The notes: a model not told the origin generated them from the sequence alone. Positions 19,188 through 29,618 are shown, numbered from the stretch's first letter. The stretch: 64,000 nucleotides of DNA from Candidatus Thorarchaeota archaeon (GCA_048882045.1 JBHLRZ010000001.1:128001-192000), one strand, 5' to 3'. Numbers and translations: made by a program.

Positions 19188-20192
19188 CTAATCATAGACC
19201 TCTGGATTGAGTATGTGTGTAAGTCTCTCTCCTTTTAGAAATGCCTTGATATTTGATACAATAATGGATGATTGTCTGAGTATAGTTTCCTTTGTGTTAC
19301 CTCCCATGTGGGGCATTACAGTCACATTGTTCAACTCAAGGAATTCGTTGTCACTATCAACTGGTTCCATGGAAAAGACATCAAGACCAGCCCCTGCTAT
19401 TTTACCAGACTGGAGGGCTTCCTTGAGAGCGTATTCATCTATGATAGATGCTCTTGCGGTGTTGATGAAAACTGCCGTATTCTTCATCAAGTCAAACTCT
19501 TTGGCACCAAGCATCCCACGAGTTTCTTCTGTTGGAGCACAGTGGACTGTAACAATGTCAGAATGTTTCAAAAGTTCCTCAAGCTCGACGACCGAACCAT
19601 TGACGTCCTCGACCCGATCTTTGTCTGCATACGGATCAGCGATTAGAATCTCAACTTCAAATCCTTTGAGTCGTTTAGCAACCTCATACCCAATCTGCCC
19701 TAACCCAATGATGCCAACTGTCCGACCTTTGAGTTCAAACCCCATGAGGTCATTATACATCTTCCCGAAATCTTTGAAGTCATCAACAAAAAACTCACTC
19801 TTGAGAAGACGTTCTGCAGCTGTGATATTTCGCAACTGTGAAAGCATCAGCGCAATTGCGAGCTCTGCAACTGCATTTGTATTTCGACCTGGTACCGATA
19901 TCACAGGGATTCTCTTAGATGTGGCAGCAGAAACTGAGATGTTGTTTGGGTTCCCTCTGACAGATCCAACCAGCTTCAGATCGTGACCCTCAATGACGTC
20001 CTCTTTAATCTCATCACCTTCTACAATAACAATGTGATAGTTACCCTCCTTGATGACTGGAAGTAATGAACCACCCAAGTACAGTTTTCCTGTTTCCAGC
20101 CAACACTGATAGTCAACCTCGAGACCCTCTGACCGAAGTTCCTCAAGTGATTCCTCAGTGAGTGGAGCAGTGACGAGAACACGCAAAGACAA
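19188..20192 (-). CDS. D-isomer-specific 2-hydroxyacid dehydrogenase family
   Basis: PGRNTNAVAE, GLGQIG, INTAR, LDVF..EP and PHMGG. Confidence 0.92.
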   Translation of the reverse strand: MSLRVLVTAPLTEESLEELRSEGLEVDYQCWLETGKLYLGGSLLPVIKEGNYHIVIVEGDEIKEDVIEGHDLKLVGSVRGNPNNISVSAATSKRIPVISVPGRNTNAVAELAIALMLSQLRNITAAERLLKSEFFVDDFKDFGKMYNDLMGFELKGRTVGIIGLGQIGYEVAKRLKGFEVEILIADPYADKDRVEDVNGSVVELEELLKHSDIVTVHCAPTEETRGMLGAKEFDLMKNTAVFINTARASIIDEYALKEALQSGKIAGAGLDVFSMEPVDSDNEFLELNNVTVMPHMGGNTKETILRQSSIIVSNIKAFLKGERLTHILNPEVYD

Positions 20193-20350
20193 GTTCCTCC
20201 ATAATCAAAGCTAATCTGTGTTTTCTTGTCCCTTTAAACATTCATCGAATTATTGTAAAACGAACAAGTTTGCGGCACAAACCGCGATGCGCTTCAAAGA
20301 TTGTCAACGCCTTATATTCATTCTATGTATGTTAATACCTGTGATTTACA

Positions 20351-21097
20351 ATGTCTGAATCTGCGATTAAGATAACAAATCTGACAAAACGGTTCGATGA
20401 CATTACAGCCGTCGATGATCTCAGTCTTGAGATTGGGTGGGGCGAGCTGTTTGGTATCCTCGGACCGAATGGTGCAGGAAAAAGCACTACTGTCAATATA
20501 CTCAATACACTTCTCGAGCCCTCTGAAGGGTCTGCCACAGTAGATGATCATGACGTTGTCTTTGATCCAGAGGGAGTTAGAGAAGTAATTGGTGTCTGTC
20601 CTCAGGAGCCGGCATTCTATCCACATCTTACTGGAAGAGAGAACATCATCCTCATGGGAGATATGCATCTCGTTCCAAAGGATGTCCTAAAAGACCGGCT
20701 CAATAACATGGTCGAGAAGATTGGGATGGAGGACCACATTGATAGACGTGCAAAGAAGTACAGTGGAGGAATGATTCGTCGAGTCAGTATGCTCATGGCA
20801 CTCATCAGCGATCCAAAGATTGCTCTTCTAGATGAACCAACTGTTGCCATGGATCCAAAATCTCGCCGTGCAGTATGGGACTTCATTCGCGAGCTGAAGG
20901 AGAGAGGTAAGACAGTCATCCTGACCACTCACTACATGGAAGAAGCTCAGGAGCTATGCGACAGAGTGGCCATCATTGATGAAGGCAGCTTGATTGAAAT
21001 CGGTTCTCCTGAAGAACTCATGCAAAAACACAACGCAAAGAACTTGGAAGAGGTCTTCCTAAAACTCACTGGAAAGAAACTGAGGGAGGCGGTCTAG
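20351..21097 (+). CDS. ABC-2 exporter ATPase
   Basis: GPNGAGKST, YSGGM, LDEPT and TTHYMEEA. Confidence 0.93.
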   Translation: MSESAIKITNLTKRFDDITAVDDLSLEIGWGELFGILGPNGAGKSTTVNILNTLLEPSEGSATVDDHDVVFDPEGVREVIGVCPQEPAFYPHLTGRENIILMGDMHLVPKDVLKDRLNNMVEKIGMEDHIDRRAKKYSGGMIRRVSMLMALISDPKIALLDEPTVAMDPKSRRAVWDFIRELKERGKTVILTTHYMEEAQELCDRVAIIDEGSLIEIGSPEELMQKHNAKNLEEVFLKLTGKKLREAV

Positions 21098-21099
21098 AG

Positions 21100-22260
21100 A
21101 TGAACCGCAGAAGAATTCTAGCATTAACAAAGAAGAATCTGAAGATGTTGACCAGAGAACCAGCTGTCCTCTTTATGCTGATTATATTCCCCCTTGCAAT
21201 GACCTTCGTATTTGGAGTTGCATTTGGTGGTATTGGTGGAGGAGGCACAACCAGTTTCGATGTTGGTCTTCTGAATCAGGATGTTACTAGTCCACAGGGA
21301 GAGTGGAGCCAGGCCTTTGCTAACAACCTTACTTCATCAGAAGTATTTGTCATCCATAACTTTGATGACAATGTCACTGGCCAGGACGCACTCCTGCAAG
21401 GAAATATTGATGCTTTCATTGTGATTCCTGAAGGCTTCGGCGTAAGCATTGAATCATACTATGGTTCTCCGTTCGATCCCAGTGCTTGGGACAACTCAAC
21501 AATTGGCTTGTATGTCGATAGCGGCTCAATGATGGCAGTGTCAGCCGTTCCACCGCTTGTCCAAGAGGTTCTTTTTAAGACAATCTTTGGAGAGGACGCA
21601 ATTGCTATTGGTCTGCCTGTGGAGATTAGTAGTCCTGCTCTCGTTGAGTCTAGTACTCTCACTCAATGGGATTTCATGGCCCCAGGAATCTTTGCATTCG
21701 CAGCAATATTCATGACCATGATTGTTGCACAGTCAATGACTGTAGAGAGGGATGAGGGTCTCCTGAGAAGACTGAGGACAACACCTGCCTCATCAGGTGA
21801 CTACATGCTAGGGCACACCTTCTCCTACATGATAATTGCAGTAGTCCAGGTCACTCTAGTCCTTATGACCTCCTACTTGATGGGGTACAGACCATCAACT
21901 GGAATTGCAGGGATAGGTTTCACATTTGTGATCTCTCTGGCATTCTCACTGGTGTCTGTAGGCTTCGGTCTCATCTCAGCGACACTATCCAAGTCAGCTG
22001 AAACATCGACAGGAATAAGCTTTGTATTCATCATGCCCCAGCTGTTTCTTGGCACATTCATGCCACTTGGAGGTGGAATGGAGGTTATTGCCAACTTCAT
22101 GCCAAGCAAGTACATCACCGACGCGATAACAACTCTGTTCCTCAGGGGAGCTCCGATTACTGCTACAGTAATCTGGGTCGAGCTAGCCATCGTGTCATTA
22201 GTGGGAGTCCTACTCATCGCAGTGGGAATCATCCTGTTCGAAAGGCAGGGCACTCGCTAG
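21100..22260 (+). CDS. ABC-2 exporter permease
   Basis: N-terminal TM, extracellular loop, ERDEGLLRRL and 5 further TMs. Confidence 0.9.
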   Translation: MNRRRILALTKKNLKMLTREPAVLFMLIIFPLAMTFVFGVAFGGIGGGGTTSFDVGLLNQDVTSPQGEWSQAFANNLTSSEVFVIHNFDDNVTGQDALLQGNIDAFIVIPEGFGVSIESYYGSPFDPSAWDNSTIGLYVDSGSMMAVSAVPPLVQEVLFKTIFGEDAIAIGLPVEISSPALVESSTLTQWDFMAPGIFAFAAIFMTMIVAQSMTVERDEGLLRRLRTTPASSGDYMLGHTFSYMIIAVVQVTLVLMTSYLMGYRPSTGIAGIGFTFVISLAFSLVSVGFGLISATLSKSAETSTGISFVFIMPQLFLGTFMPLGGGMEVIANFMPSKYITDAITTLFLRGAPITATVIWVELAIVSLVGVLLIAVGIILFERQGTR

Positions 22261-22287
22261 GAGTCCTTCGGGACTCCGTCCTTTTTC
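22260..22287 (+). terminator. cUUCGg tetraloop hairpin plus U-tract
   Basis: GGAGTCC-TTCG-GGACTCC then gtcctttttc at the permease stop. Confidence 0.75.
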
Positions 22288-22348
22288 TATTAGAGTTATT
22301 AGGGAGAGTTTCGAAAGTGAAAATGCTCCATAAAACTGAGGTGAGTGC

Positions 22349-23026
22349 ATGAGCCCAGAGAATTCCGAAGATAATGAAGAAATGGTCGAAAAAGCAAAGC
22401 AGCTCCTTTTGCTCACGGATTTGATTGACAAGTATCCAATAGTTGTAGGACGCCGAGTAGCTGGTCTGGTGTACATAATTATTGCTGGAGGAATATCATT
22501 TACGACATTGACATTCATGTTTCTACTGAACATTCTGGGACCAGGAGACCCATTCCTAATCAATTTAGGATTTGTTTTTCTAAGCCTGTTCTTCTCGTGG
22601 ATTGTCGCTTTTAGACTGATAGTACCACTGACACGTTCCTATCCCCAACCACTCCAAAATGATCAAGAGGGCAAGTATGTCTTTGCTGTCTGGGGAATTC
22701 TGGGAGCAGCGATTGTAATAGTTTCACTTATCCTATTTCCATCAGGGATGACCGATCAATTCCCTCCAGCGCTACAATCGATAATGGGAATAGGTTTTCT
22801 TTCCAACTATATATTGGCAAGGAAAAGTGGGCAGGAGGGACTCGTCACTCGGGAACATTTCTATTTTGCAATAGCTGCCTTTCTCAGCGTAATCCCAATG
22901 TTGATGTTTCCCGTCTTTGCGTATGTTCTTCTAGTCGTAGTAGATATGGGTGGTATTTACATAATCGGGATCTATATGCTTGTTACAGCTGAACAACTAC
23001 TTCTAGAAAGCGAAGGACAGGGATAG
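22349..23026 (+). CDS. 6-TM membrane protein, unknown function
   Basis: Hydrophobic helices; GAGGTGA RBS; 2 bp upstream of a wHTH gene. Confidence 0.7.
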   Translation: MSPENSEDNEEMVEKAKQLLLLTDLIDKYPIVVGRRVAGLVYIIIAGGISFTTLTFMFLLNILGPGDPFLINLGFVFLSLFFSWIVAFRLIVPLTRSYPQPLQNDQEGKYVFAVWGILGAAIVIVSLILFPSGMTDQFPPALQSIMGIGFLSNYILARKSGQEGLVTREHFYFAIAAFLSVIPMLMFPVFAYVLLVVVDMGGIYIIGIYMLVTAEQLLLESEGQG

Positions 23027-23028
23027 GT

Positions 23029-23373
23029 TTGAGTCTAGATGGGGATCTCCTATCAGCATTGGTAGGACTCATGGAAGAAGACCGTGAAACAATGGTCCCC
23101 ACAAGACTCTCTATTCTAGTGTATCTCTACTTCACTCAGTATGCAACTTTTCCAGTCCTTCAGAAGAAGCTTGGCCTGACATCAGGAAATCTCTCAAGCC
23201 ATCTCAGAAAGCTGGAAGAACTGGGATTGATCAGAATTTCGAAACGATTTGTCGATCTAAAACCAACAACATTTGCAGTCTTGACAAAAGAGGGAGCTGA
23301 GCAAGTGAAAAGCCAAATGGTCCGCATGCGTGAATTGGTATCGAAGGTTGTAGAAAAGGGACCAATATCATAG
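23029..23373 (+). CDS. Winged-helix transcriptional regulator (HTH_34/ArsR-like)
   Basis: RLSIL...GLTSGNLSSHLRKLEELGLI...KPTT. Confidence 0.88.
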   Translation: MSLDGDLLSALVGLMEEDRETMVPTRLSILVYLYFTQYATFPVLQKKLGLTSGNLSSHLRKLEELGLIRISKRFVDLKPTTFAVLTKEGAEQVKSQMVRMRELVSKVVEKGPIS

Positions 23374-23700
23374 CAGTAGTTTTTGTAACTTCAACAGGTC
23401 TGGCACTTCACCCTTGGTTTTGAGCTTCCCGGCTGAATAAGCAGCCATTGGGCTTTCTGTCTTCTCAATGATTGCAAAGAATACCGGAGAATCCATGGTC
23501 ACCTGAAGTTCAGCATCAACCTCTCCCTCACCAACCTCCAGAAGTTCTGCATCACCAATCTTCATGAACATCTTGGAATCAATATCAGGAAAGATGAACA
23601 AGAGGGTCTTGTTGTATTCCTTGAACCTTCGTTGTATCTTTGGATCTTGGAAGCGTTCTCCAAGAGTCTGAAGAGTTGTGAGTATCTTTTCCTTTGACAT
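23368..23700 (-). CDS. Stand-alone SCP2 sterol/lipid-binding domain protein
   Basis: SPMAAYSAGKLKTKGEVPDLLKLQ matches the SCP2 C-terminal motif. Confidence 0.85.
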   Translation of the reverse strand: MSKEKILTTLQTLGERFQDPKIQRRFKEYNKTLLFIFPDIDSKMFMKIGDAELLEVGEGEVDAELQVTMDSPVFFAIIEKTESPMAAYSAGKLKTKGEVPDLLKLQKLLL

Positions 23701-23732
23701 GCAGGCACCAATCTTGAGAGTCACACAGCCCG

Positions 23733-23752
23733 AGTTATATCTTATTATAACT
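23733..23752. promoter_or_regulatory. Inverted repeat, probably back-to-back TATA elements for divergent genes
   Basis: AGTTATA-tcttat-TATAACT between the SCP2 gene and the membrane protein gene. Confidence 0.45.
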
Positions 23753-23808
23753 AACCGGTTGATTTATTAACAATAGTTCATTTTCTGTTCTGTCAATTTG
23801 GCGAGAGG

Positions 23809-24912
23809 ATGATTTTGGCTGAACCGCAAGAAAGCATACCAAAGATAAGTAGGTACAGAAATTCTGCCACTTATGCGTGGGTCGGTGGTTGGATCTTCGC
23901 TGTTGTTTTCACACTCATCATTTGGTTCCTTGGTCCGTTCTTGGATCCAGTACTGGGAACACTGCTTCCTGACGCAGGAGCTGAATGGTATTACTGGAAG
24001 TTGCCAGTGCGTGATTTCATAACAATGCTCATTGTATGGACATTCTATCTGGCTCACCAGTTCACATTGTGGGGTTCAATTTACTGGGCAAGAAAAAACT
24101 TGGACCACCTTAAAGCAAATCCATCAAGAGGGTTGACAAAATATAATCAGGCTGCAATTATCATAAACGTGTTCTTCATCTTGCTCCATCTTGTTCAAAC
24201 ACACATCTGGTTTGATGGACTTGCGCAAGATGTGCCTATCTGGACGAGTCAGGGGTCAGTGATTGTCATGCTTGCGCTTATTCTGATAATTGAGAATCCC
24301 AGCCGAGGTTTATTCTTAGGCAAGAAGATGGGCAAACCGATGACTGCCCGTGTTTCAGGGTTCTTTAGAAGAAATCATGGATACATCATATCATGGGCGA
24401 TTGTATACACGTTCTGGTTCCATCCAATGGCGTATGACCCACAGCTCATCTCAGGGTTCTTCTACATGTTTCTACTCTTCACTCAGATATCTCTGGCATA
24501 CACTGTGGTGCATGTCAACAAAGGTTGGATTGTCTTTCTGGAGAGTTTTGTTGGAATACATGCATTTGTTGTAGCTACCTTTACTGCTTCACAGGCGGCG
24601 ACTGGGATCTGGGTAATGTTTACTACAGGATTTGCGTTCATGTTTGTATTCACCTACATGTTTGCGTTCAAGGTGAGGAGAGAAATCAAGTGGGGAGTGT
24701 TTATAGGATACACTGCAGCTCTGGCTTGGATTTACCTACCAAGTGAGTTTGGTGGATATGGCAGAGCTTTGACATATCTAATGAGACTTGAGATGCTGTG
24801 GATTCCTATCATCCTCTATCTCCTTGCAATTGTCTTTGCAGGACTTGTATACATCTATCTGAAGGTTAAGGAATCTAGGTCGCAAAAACAGGACGAGGAA
24901 GAAGGAGATTAA
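23809..24912 (+). CDS. Polytopic membrane protein with several intramembrane His, unknown function
   Basis: About 9-10 TMs; WYYWKL, AHQ, HLVQTH..FDGLAQDV and WFHP. Confidence 0.75.
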   Translation: MILAEPQESIPKISRYRNSATYAWVGGWIFAVVFTLIIWFLGPFLDPVLGTLLPDAGAEWYYWKLPVRDFITMLIVWTFYLAHQFTLWGSIYWARKNLDHLKANPSRGLTKYNQAAIIINVFFILLHLVQTHIWFDGLAQDVPIWTSQGSVIVMLALILIIENPSRGLFLGKKMGKPMTARVSGFFRRNHGYIISWAIVYTFWFHPMAYDPQLISGFFYMFLLFTQISLAYTVVHVNKGWIVFLESFVGIHAFVVATFTASQAATGIWVMFTTGFAFMFVFTYMFAFKVRREIKWGVFIGYTAALAWIYLPSEFGGYGRALTYLMRLEMLWIPIILYLLAIVFAGLVYIYLKVKESRSQKQDEEEGD

Positions 24913-25055
24913 TCTCCTTTCCTCTCCAAAGTATTAACACAAATTAGAACACATGTTCCAACTAAATAAGTTAACGCTGTGAAGCCTCTGACAGAAAGAT
25001 TATATCGCCTGTTCCATTGGAGCCAATGTCACTACGGTGCCTTGGAGAATTTACG

Positions 25056-28000
25056 ATGGTCAGCGACTCAGCCAAGAAACCAGAACACAAGACCAAACCT
25101 ACTGATGTCCTAGTGATAGGTGGCGGAATGGCAGGAATCAATGCATCCCTGGGTCTTGCAAACGGTGGTCATCACGCTCACATGATTGAGAAATCAGTGA
25201 ACATTGGAGGGAACTATGTTGCTATCTACAAGATATTCCCTGCTCTCGAGTGTTCAGCCTGTGTCATGACACCATTAACATCATTTGTTGGCAAACACCC
25301 GAACATCACGATTCACCCATTGTCAACTGTTGAGAAAGTGACTGGGAAAGAGGGCGATTTCACAGTCACCATTCGAAAGAAAGCACGTTATGTTAACGAG
25401 GACAAATGTACTGGTTGTCAGCTCTGCATTCGTTCATGCCCCGTTGAAGTACCCAATGAATATGACAAGGGACTATCACTCAGAAAGGCAATCTACATGA
25501 ACTTCCCTCAGCAGATACCGCTGATTGCGACTATCGACAGGGACGCCTGTATCGGGTGTGGGACCTGTGAGTCAGTGTGTCCACAGGACTGTATCATGTA
25601 TGACGATGAGGACAAGGTGTTTGATCTCAACGTAGGCTCTATTATCATGGCAACCGGGTTCCAGGAGTACAGGCCACTTGACTACAGCGAGTACGGATAC
25701 GGAATTTTCCCAAACGTTGTCACAACGATGGAGTATGATCGGCAGAGCCATCCGACAGGTCCGACAGATTCTCACATGGTAAGACCTTCAGATGGAAGAG
25801 AGCCAGAGAAAATCCTCTTCGTCAACTGCGTAGGAAGCAGAGACGTGAGGGAGAACATCAGTGGGTACAGCGAGCACTGCAACAGGGTTTGTTGTTCATT
25901 TGGACTCAAGCTCGCACAGGTAACCAGGATGCACTATCCTGAGGATCATTGTGAGATCATTTACACATACATGGATATGCGAACCGCTGGCAAAGCTCTC
26001 GAGGAGTTCTTGTGGGACTCACAGAGGAACCGTGGAATCAATTTCATTCGCGGCAGAGTGTCTGAGATTCAGGAAGACCCAGACACTCATGACCTGTTTG
26101 TAAAGATGGAGAACACAGACACTGGAGAGATAATCGAGATTGACAAGATATCCATGGTGGTCCTCAATGCTAGTTTCAGACCAAGTGAGGGAAGCGCGGA
26201 GTTAGCAAAAATACTCAAGATTGATCTCAGTGATGCAGGATGGGTCAAAGAGAAGCATCCCAATGCATCAGCACTCGAAACAAACCGCCCAGGAATCTTC
26301 GTTGCGGGTTGTGCTCATGGTCCAAGAGACGGAACTGATTCTGTGAATGAAGGGAAGGGAGCTGCAATGGCAGCCCACTCTATCCTTCCAGTTCCCACCC
26401 CAGAGCCAGCTCCTGAAATCCCACCAGCTGATCTCGGCGATGAACCACGCGTGGGTGTCTTCATTTGCCACTGCGGAGGTATCATTGGAAATGAGATTAG
26501 CTCTCCTGGTCTTGCTGACTGGGCGAAGGACCTTCCGAATGTTGTCTATTCGACTGATTACATCTTCATGTGTAGCGACCCAGGGCAACAATTAGTGACT
26601 GATGCCATCAAGGAGCATAAACTGAATCGCGTAGTAGTTGGCTCATGCTCACCCTTGCAACACGAATCTACCTTTAGGAGTGCACTAGAGGCGGCAGGAC
26701 TCTCAGGCTACTACCTTGTAGGACCTGTAGGCCTCAGAGAGCATCTTGCACTGGTTCACGTGAATGAGGACCCTGAGATCCGACAGGAAAAGGCACAAGA
26801 CATGATACGAAGTGCAGTGGCAAAGGCTGTGAACAATGAGGAGGTCCCACTGAAGAAGGTCGATGTGACCCCTGTATCAATGGTTGTCGGTGGTGGAGTT
26901 TCAGGAATGACTGCAGCTCTTGACATTGCACGAAAAGGTTTCGAAGTCATTCTTGTTGAGAAACAGGAGAAACTTGGGGGAAGACTAAACGAGCTTTACC
27001 ATGTGTTTCCGGAGATGATGTCAGCCCAAGACATTGTGGACGACCTTGTTTCCAGAGTGGAAAAGGAGAAACGGATACAGGTCCTTCTGAACTCAAAGGT
27101 GATAGCGCGAGAGGGTTCCTACGGAAATTATGACATCACTGTAAAGAACTCTGAGTCAGGAGAAGAGGAAGTCCATCGAATTGGCTCAATGGTCATCACT
27201 GTCGGAACCGATGTTTATGAGCCCAAACAGGGAGAGTATGGGTGGGGCGAAGTCCCTGGAGTGATTTCGACTCTTGAACTCGAGAGAAGACTACGAAATG
27301 GCGAGATAAAGAAGCCACCAAAGAACCCGGTGTTTATCCATTGTGTCGGTTCAAGACAGAATCCGGGTGAGGGCAACAGGTACTGTTCCAGGGTGTGCTG
27401 TTCAGCAGTCATTACAATGCAAAATGAATTGAAAGAGATGTTTCCAGACATCAAAATATTCTCAGCCTATAAAGAACACATCCGACCATTTGCCAATGGG
27501 ATGGAAGAGATGTGGCGTGAGAACAGACAGAAGGGAATAGCATATCTACGATGGGACAGGGACAAACCAGTCACTGTTGAAAAGGACCCAGACGCTGATT
27601 CAGCCATCGTGACAATTTACGACACACTCTCACAGGAAACGTTGAAAATCAAGTCAGATCTTGTGATTCTGGCTCTTGGACTTGAGGCACCACATGATGT
27701 TGATCAGTTTGTGAAGGCGATGGGTATCAACCGAGGGCAGGATGGATTCCTCGCAGAGATGCACATGAAGTACAAGCCCGTAGAAACAACAGTGCCCGGA
27801 GTCTTCCTTGGTGTAACCTATGCCAAGAACATCAGTGACTCAGTCAATCAAGCTCGGGGTGCAGCTAGCGAGGCATGTATCCCACTGAACCTAGGGACTG
27901 TAGAGATTGAACTCCTCACAGCTGAGGTAAATCAAGACCTCTGCGTGGGTTGTGACCTGTGTCACTACTCAGATATCTGTCCATACGACGCTGTTTCGAT

Positions 28001-28160
28001 GATTGAGGTTGAACCAGGTGTCAAGAAGAGTGTGACGGACGAGATGCGTTGCGAGGGTTGTGGAGCTTGTTGTGCCATCTGCCCGACAGGGGCTCGAGAC
28101 CTCAGATGGTGGCGTGAGAAGAGCATACTGGAAGAAACTGAAGAGATGCTGAGGGAGTAG
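25056..28160 (+). CDS. hdrA: HdrA-like flavoprotein, two tandem HdrA modules
   Basis: Two GxGxxG sites, an inserted 2x[4Fe-4S] domain, two CVGSR..CxxxCC motifs, an internal RVGVFICHCG domain and a C-terminal ferredoxin. Confidence 0.92.
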   Translation: MVSDSAKKPEHKTKPTDVLVIGGGMAGINASLGLANGGHHAHMIEKSVNIGGNYVAIYKIFPALECSACVMTPLTSFVGKHPNITIHPLSTVEKVTGKEGDFTVTIRKKARYVNEDKCTGCQLCIRSCPVEVPNEYDKGLSLRKAIYMNFPQQIPLIATIDRDACIGCGTCESVCPQDCIMYDDEDKVFDLNVGSIIMATGFQEYRPLDYSEYGYGIFPNVVTTMEYDRQSHPTGPTDSHMVRPSDGREPEKILFVNCVGSRDVRENISGYSEHCNRVCCSFGLKLAQVTRMHYPEDHCEIIYTYMDMRTAGKALEEFLWDSQRNRGINFIRGRVSEIQEDPDTHDLFVKMENTDTGEIIEIDKISMVVLNASFRPSEGSAELAKILKIDLSDAGWVKEKHPNASALETNRPGIFVAGCAHGPRDGTDSVNEGKGAAMAAHSILPVPTPEPAPEIPPADLGDEPRVGVFICHCGGIIGNEISSPGLADWAKDLPNVVYSTDYIFMCSDPGQQLVTDAIKEHKLNRVVVGSCSPLQHESTFRSALEAAGLSGYYLVGPVGLREHLALVHVNEDPEIRQEKAQDMIRSAVAKAVNNEEVPLKKVDVTPVSMVVGGGVSGMTAALDIARKGFEVILVEKQEKLGGRLNELYHVFPEMMSAQDIVDDLVSRVEKEKRIQVLLNSKVIAREGSYGNYDITVKNSESGEEEVHRIGSMVITVGTDVYEPKQGEYGWGEVPGVISTLELERRLRNGEIKKPPKNPVFIHCVGSRQNPGEGNRYCSRVCCSAVITMQNELKEMFPDIKIFSAYKEHIRPFANGMEEMWRENRQKGIAYLRWDRDKPVTVEKDPDADSAIVTIYDTLSQETLKIKSDLVILALGLEAPHDVDQFVKAMGINRGQDGFLAEMHMKYKPVETTVPGVFLGVTYAKNISDSVNQARGAASEACIPLNLGTVEIELLTAEVNQDLCVGCDLCHYSDICPYDAVSMIEVEPGVKKSVTDEMRCEGCGACCAICPTGARDLRWWREKSILEETEEMLRE

Positions 28161-28164
28161 AAAC

Positions 28165-28737
28165 GTGGTTTCACTGGATGGACTTCTAGCAGGGTGGAAA
28201 GTCCTGAATGATTTACTAGGAGCACTTAGAGAGAAGGATGTGTTCATTCCTGATCTGACCTATGCAGATCTTAGAAACTCAAAGATGAGCTTGGAATACT
28301 TGCGTTCTTTTGAGGATGAGATAAAGCCTCAGTCGCAGTGCGAGGAGGATGACAGACTAAAACACACGATGGAGCTTCAAATCCAGAGGCTCCGAGATAC
28401 TCTCATGATTTGGGCTGAAGAAAAGGAGGGCGTGGAATATCGGAGTTCATGGGATAACCGTTTTGACCAGGCAATTAGGGGAGAGAGTACTGAGTACGAA
28501 CCAGACCCAGTAGTTCATATCTCGGACATCCCGAGGGAGAAAGATGTCGGATTCTTTCGAATCAAGTTACCTGAAGACATCCCTGTGGAGGTAGTTTCTG
28601 AGATTGCGGAGGACTGTATGGTGAATATATCGCTGGATGGAGAAAGGCACCTCCAGGTCAGTGGTAAGAGGGAGTGTGTCCGGGACGCCATGAAGAGATT
28701 AGGTCAGATTTTTTATGGCGACAGTAAATTGACCTAG
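28165..28737 (+). CDS. DUF2096-family protein
   Basis: WKVLNDL N-terminus, RIKLP, EIAEDCMV and V.G..E.VRDAMK pattern. Confidence 0.7.
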   Translation: MVSLDGLLAGWKVLNDLLGALREKDVFIPDLTYADLRNSKMSLEYLRSFEDEIKPQSQCEEDDRLKHTMELQIQRLRDTLMIWAEEKEGVEYRSSWDNRFDQAIRGESTEYEPDPVVHISDIPREKDVGFFRIKLPEDIPVEVVSEIAEDCMVNISLDGERHLQVSGKRECVRDAMKRLGQIFYGDSKLT

Positions 28738-29618
28738 ATGCCCAGTGTTTCGTTTATGGGGTCCAGCGGTACTCTGTTCAGTTCAAATCCCAGAATTTGA
28801 GGATCTATTCCCATAGCAATGCCCAGGATCTGTGTCACAAAGAGCGCCGGTAACTCTAGGGAGTTTCCTTCGTCATCCTTGAGACCGATTTGCTGGATGT
28901 CAAACTGGGTATGACAAGCGGGACAATTTGTGACAACACAGTTGGCTCCAGCACCGTTTGCTGATACCATCTTCTCTTGCAGTATCTTTGTTGCTACATC
29001 CTCACTTGCAATGAGGAGAGGCGAACCACAGCAACGTAACTTCATGTCCCAGTGGACACTACTCGCACCTGTGAGCTCAATGAGCTCGTCAACCTTTCCA
29101 GGGAGCTCTGGATCATCGAAACCTGCCACAATGGATGGACGAATGAGATGGCAACCCGGGTGGAAAGCCACCTTCAGACCGTCCAAACGCTTGACGATCT
29201 TCTTGGCAATTTCATCCTTCATCTCATATAGGACTTCAACAAAGTGACGAATCTTCACCTTTCCTGTGTACTCTAGACCCAGAGGTTTGAGAGATGCATT
29301 GACTTTCTTCCTATATGACTCATCATCATGAAGCACGTGATCCGTGTCCTTCAGGGACCCGAAACATCCGTTGCAAGGAGTGACTATGTCGTGTCCCCTC
29401 TGCTCAGCCAGAGCAATGTTCCGACCAGACATTGAGAGCCAGCTGTTCTCATCGATTGATTTTAGGACTACAGTTCCACAGCAAGAAGCACCTTCAAAGT
29501 CGATGAGTTTGACACCAAGCTCTTTGGCAACTGCACGCATTGAAGACTCGTAGTTATTGAATCTGGATGGGATTGCACACCCTAGGAATACCTCGTAGCT
29601 CTGGGTCATCTCACTCAC
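28734..29618 (-). CDS. hdrB: Heterodisulfide reductase subunit B (copy 1)
   Basis: FLGC, SCCG, PCNGC, HPGCH, RCCG and NCPACH. Confidence 0.93.
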   Translation of the reverse strand: MSEMTQSYEVFLGCAIPSRFNNYESSMRAVAKELGVKLIDFEGASCCGTVVLKSIDENSWLSMSGRNIALAEQRGHDIVTPCNGCFGSLKDTDHVLHDDESYRKKVNASLKPLGLEYTGKVKIRHFVEVLYEMKDEIAKKIVKRLDGLKVAFHPGCHLIRPSIVAGFDDPELPGKVDELIELTGASSVHWDMKLRCCGSPLLIASEDVATKILQEKMVSANGAGANCVVTNCPACHTQFDIQQIGLKDDEGNSLELPALFVTQILGIAMGIDPQILGFELNRVPLDPINETLGI

